Assembly (NCBI GenBank): GCA_963789265.1 | Contig: CAWBKB010000001.1 | Span: 608,001-672,000, forward strand | Length of the DNA: 64,000 nucleotides | Direction of reading: 5' to 3' | DNA from: an uncultured delta proteobacterium | GTDB taxonomy: Bacteria; Desulfobacterota; Desulfomonilia; Desulfomonilales; Desulfomonilaceae | Part shown: positions 63,463-64,000 of the stretch, one piece after another | Layout of the letters: each line of letters begins with the position of its first letter | Position numbering within the stretch: position 1 is the first letter of the stretch | Position numbers and translations under genes: made by a program | The notes under the pieces: model-generated | What the model was told of the DNA's origin: nothing | Seen by the model: the letters and a program-made list of their open reading frames with translations, nothing else | Databases searched by the model: none

Positions 63463-64000
63463 TCATTCCGTGCCGGAGAAGCGATCCCACCGCAGGAACG
63501 CGTGTCGCGCAAATTGAACGGGATCCACCTCAGCCACGACCTTACCAGGCAGCATGGTGTTGTCGCCTTTGGTGTAGATCGCTCCCAACATCTTGACTAC
63601 CTCGACTGTGGCCCAGGGGTCGTTATCCGAAGGGTTCATCACCACTTCAGCTTTACCGATCCTTATTTCCGCAGGCTTGAAGGTCACCGCCTCGCGCACC
63701 AGCCTCGGATTGTAGTCGAAGCCTAAGCCTTCAGGATTGGGGAAATGTTTAAAGTTGTATGAGTAACGTTCTTGCACCGCCTCGCCGGATGCGGTGCCTG
63801 CAAAAAATTCCGCCAGTCCGGCGTCATTAGGCTGCCCCGTCAACTCAGACTTGACCTGGAAATATCGCACACCATGGCGCTCTACCCAACCCTCGGCAAA
63901 ATCGCCCTGGTTGTCGAAGTGGATGTCGGCCATCTTCTTGGGGTAGCCGAACACCTCCCGGCCACCGGCCATGGCCATGTCATTAGTGACCGGCATGGCG
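63463..64000 (-). CDS. Acetoacetate decarboxylase-family protein (5' partial)
   Basis: GREVFGYPKK Schiff-base lysine motif. Confidence 0.85.
   Translation of the reverse strand, partial: AMPVTNDMAMAGGREVFGYPKKMADIHFDNQGDFAEGWVERHGVRYFQVKSELTGQPNDAGLAEFFAGTASGEAVQERYSYNFKHFPNPEGLGFDYNPRLVREAVTFKPAEIRIGKAEVVMNPSDNDPWATVEVVKMLGAIYTKGDNTMLPGKVVAEVDPVQFARHAFLRWDRFSGTE

Overview
Bacterial chromosomal segment from a strict anaerobe, most likely Desulfobacterota/Desulfomonilaceae. This is an inference from the Desulfomonile-type HTH-PilZ protein, an ankyrin remnant, and CooC/DUF3786/FolD. About 55 genes are present: an osmoprotectant ABC transporter, folD-cooC-DUF3786, serA, a TPR-Slt transglycosylase, dtd, a glgE-treS/pep2-glgB-malQ alpha-glucan operon, a double-cubane-cluster protein with its activating ATPase, an S1-domain protein, an ABC exporter, pspA-AAA ATPase-tsaD, hpt, a K+ channel, a decayed toxin-antitoxin islet, metY, histidine kinases, nitroreductase, flavoredoxin, pyk, an adenylate cyclase and an acyl-CoA dehydrogenase cluster. 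No rRNA, tRNA or CRISPR array was seen. About 11 single-base frameshifts in otherwise intact genes are most simply long-read assembly errors. The most striking feature is non-coding. Many intergenic gaps hold nested non-autonomous elements of roughly 150-350 bp, from at least four terminal-inverted-repeat families with different target-site duplications (8, 10-11, 4 bp and TA). They carry interchangeable REP-like hairpins as cargo and insert into REPs and into each other, and a recurrent 17-19 bp micro-hairpin is spliced into REP stems. No intact transposase is in the window. Other candidates are an ESCRT-III/Vps4-like PspA+AAA pair, a GGGGTCA-bounded toxin-antitoxin cassette and fluoride-riboswitch-like leaders in the glucan operon. 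All calls were made by eye; no database search was run.
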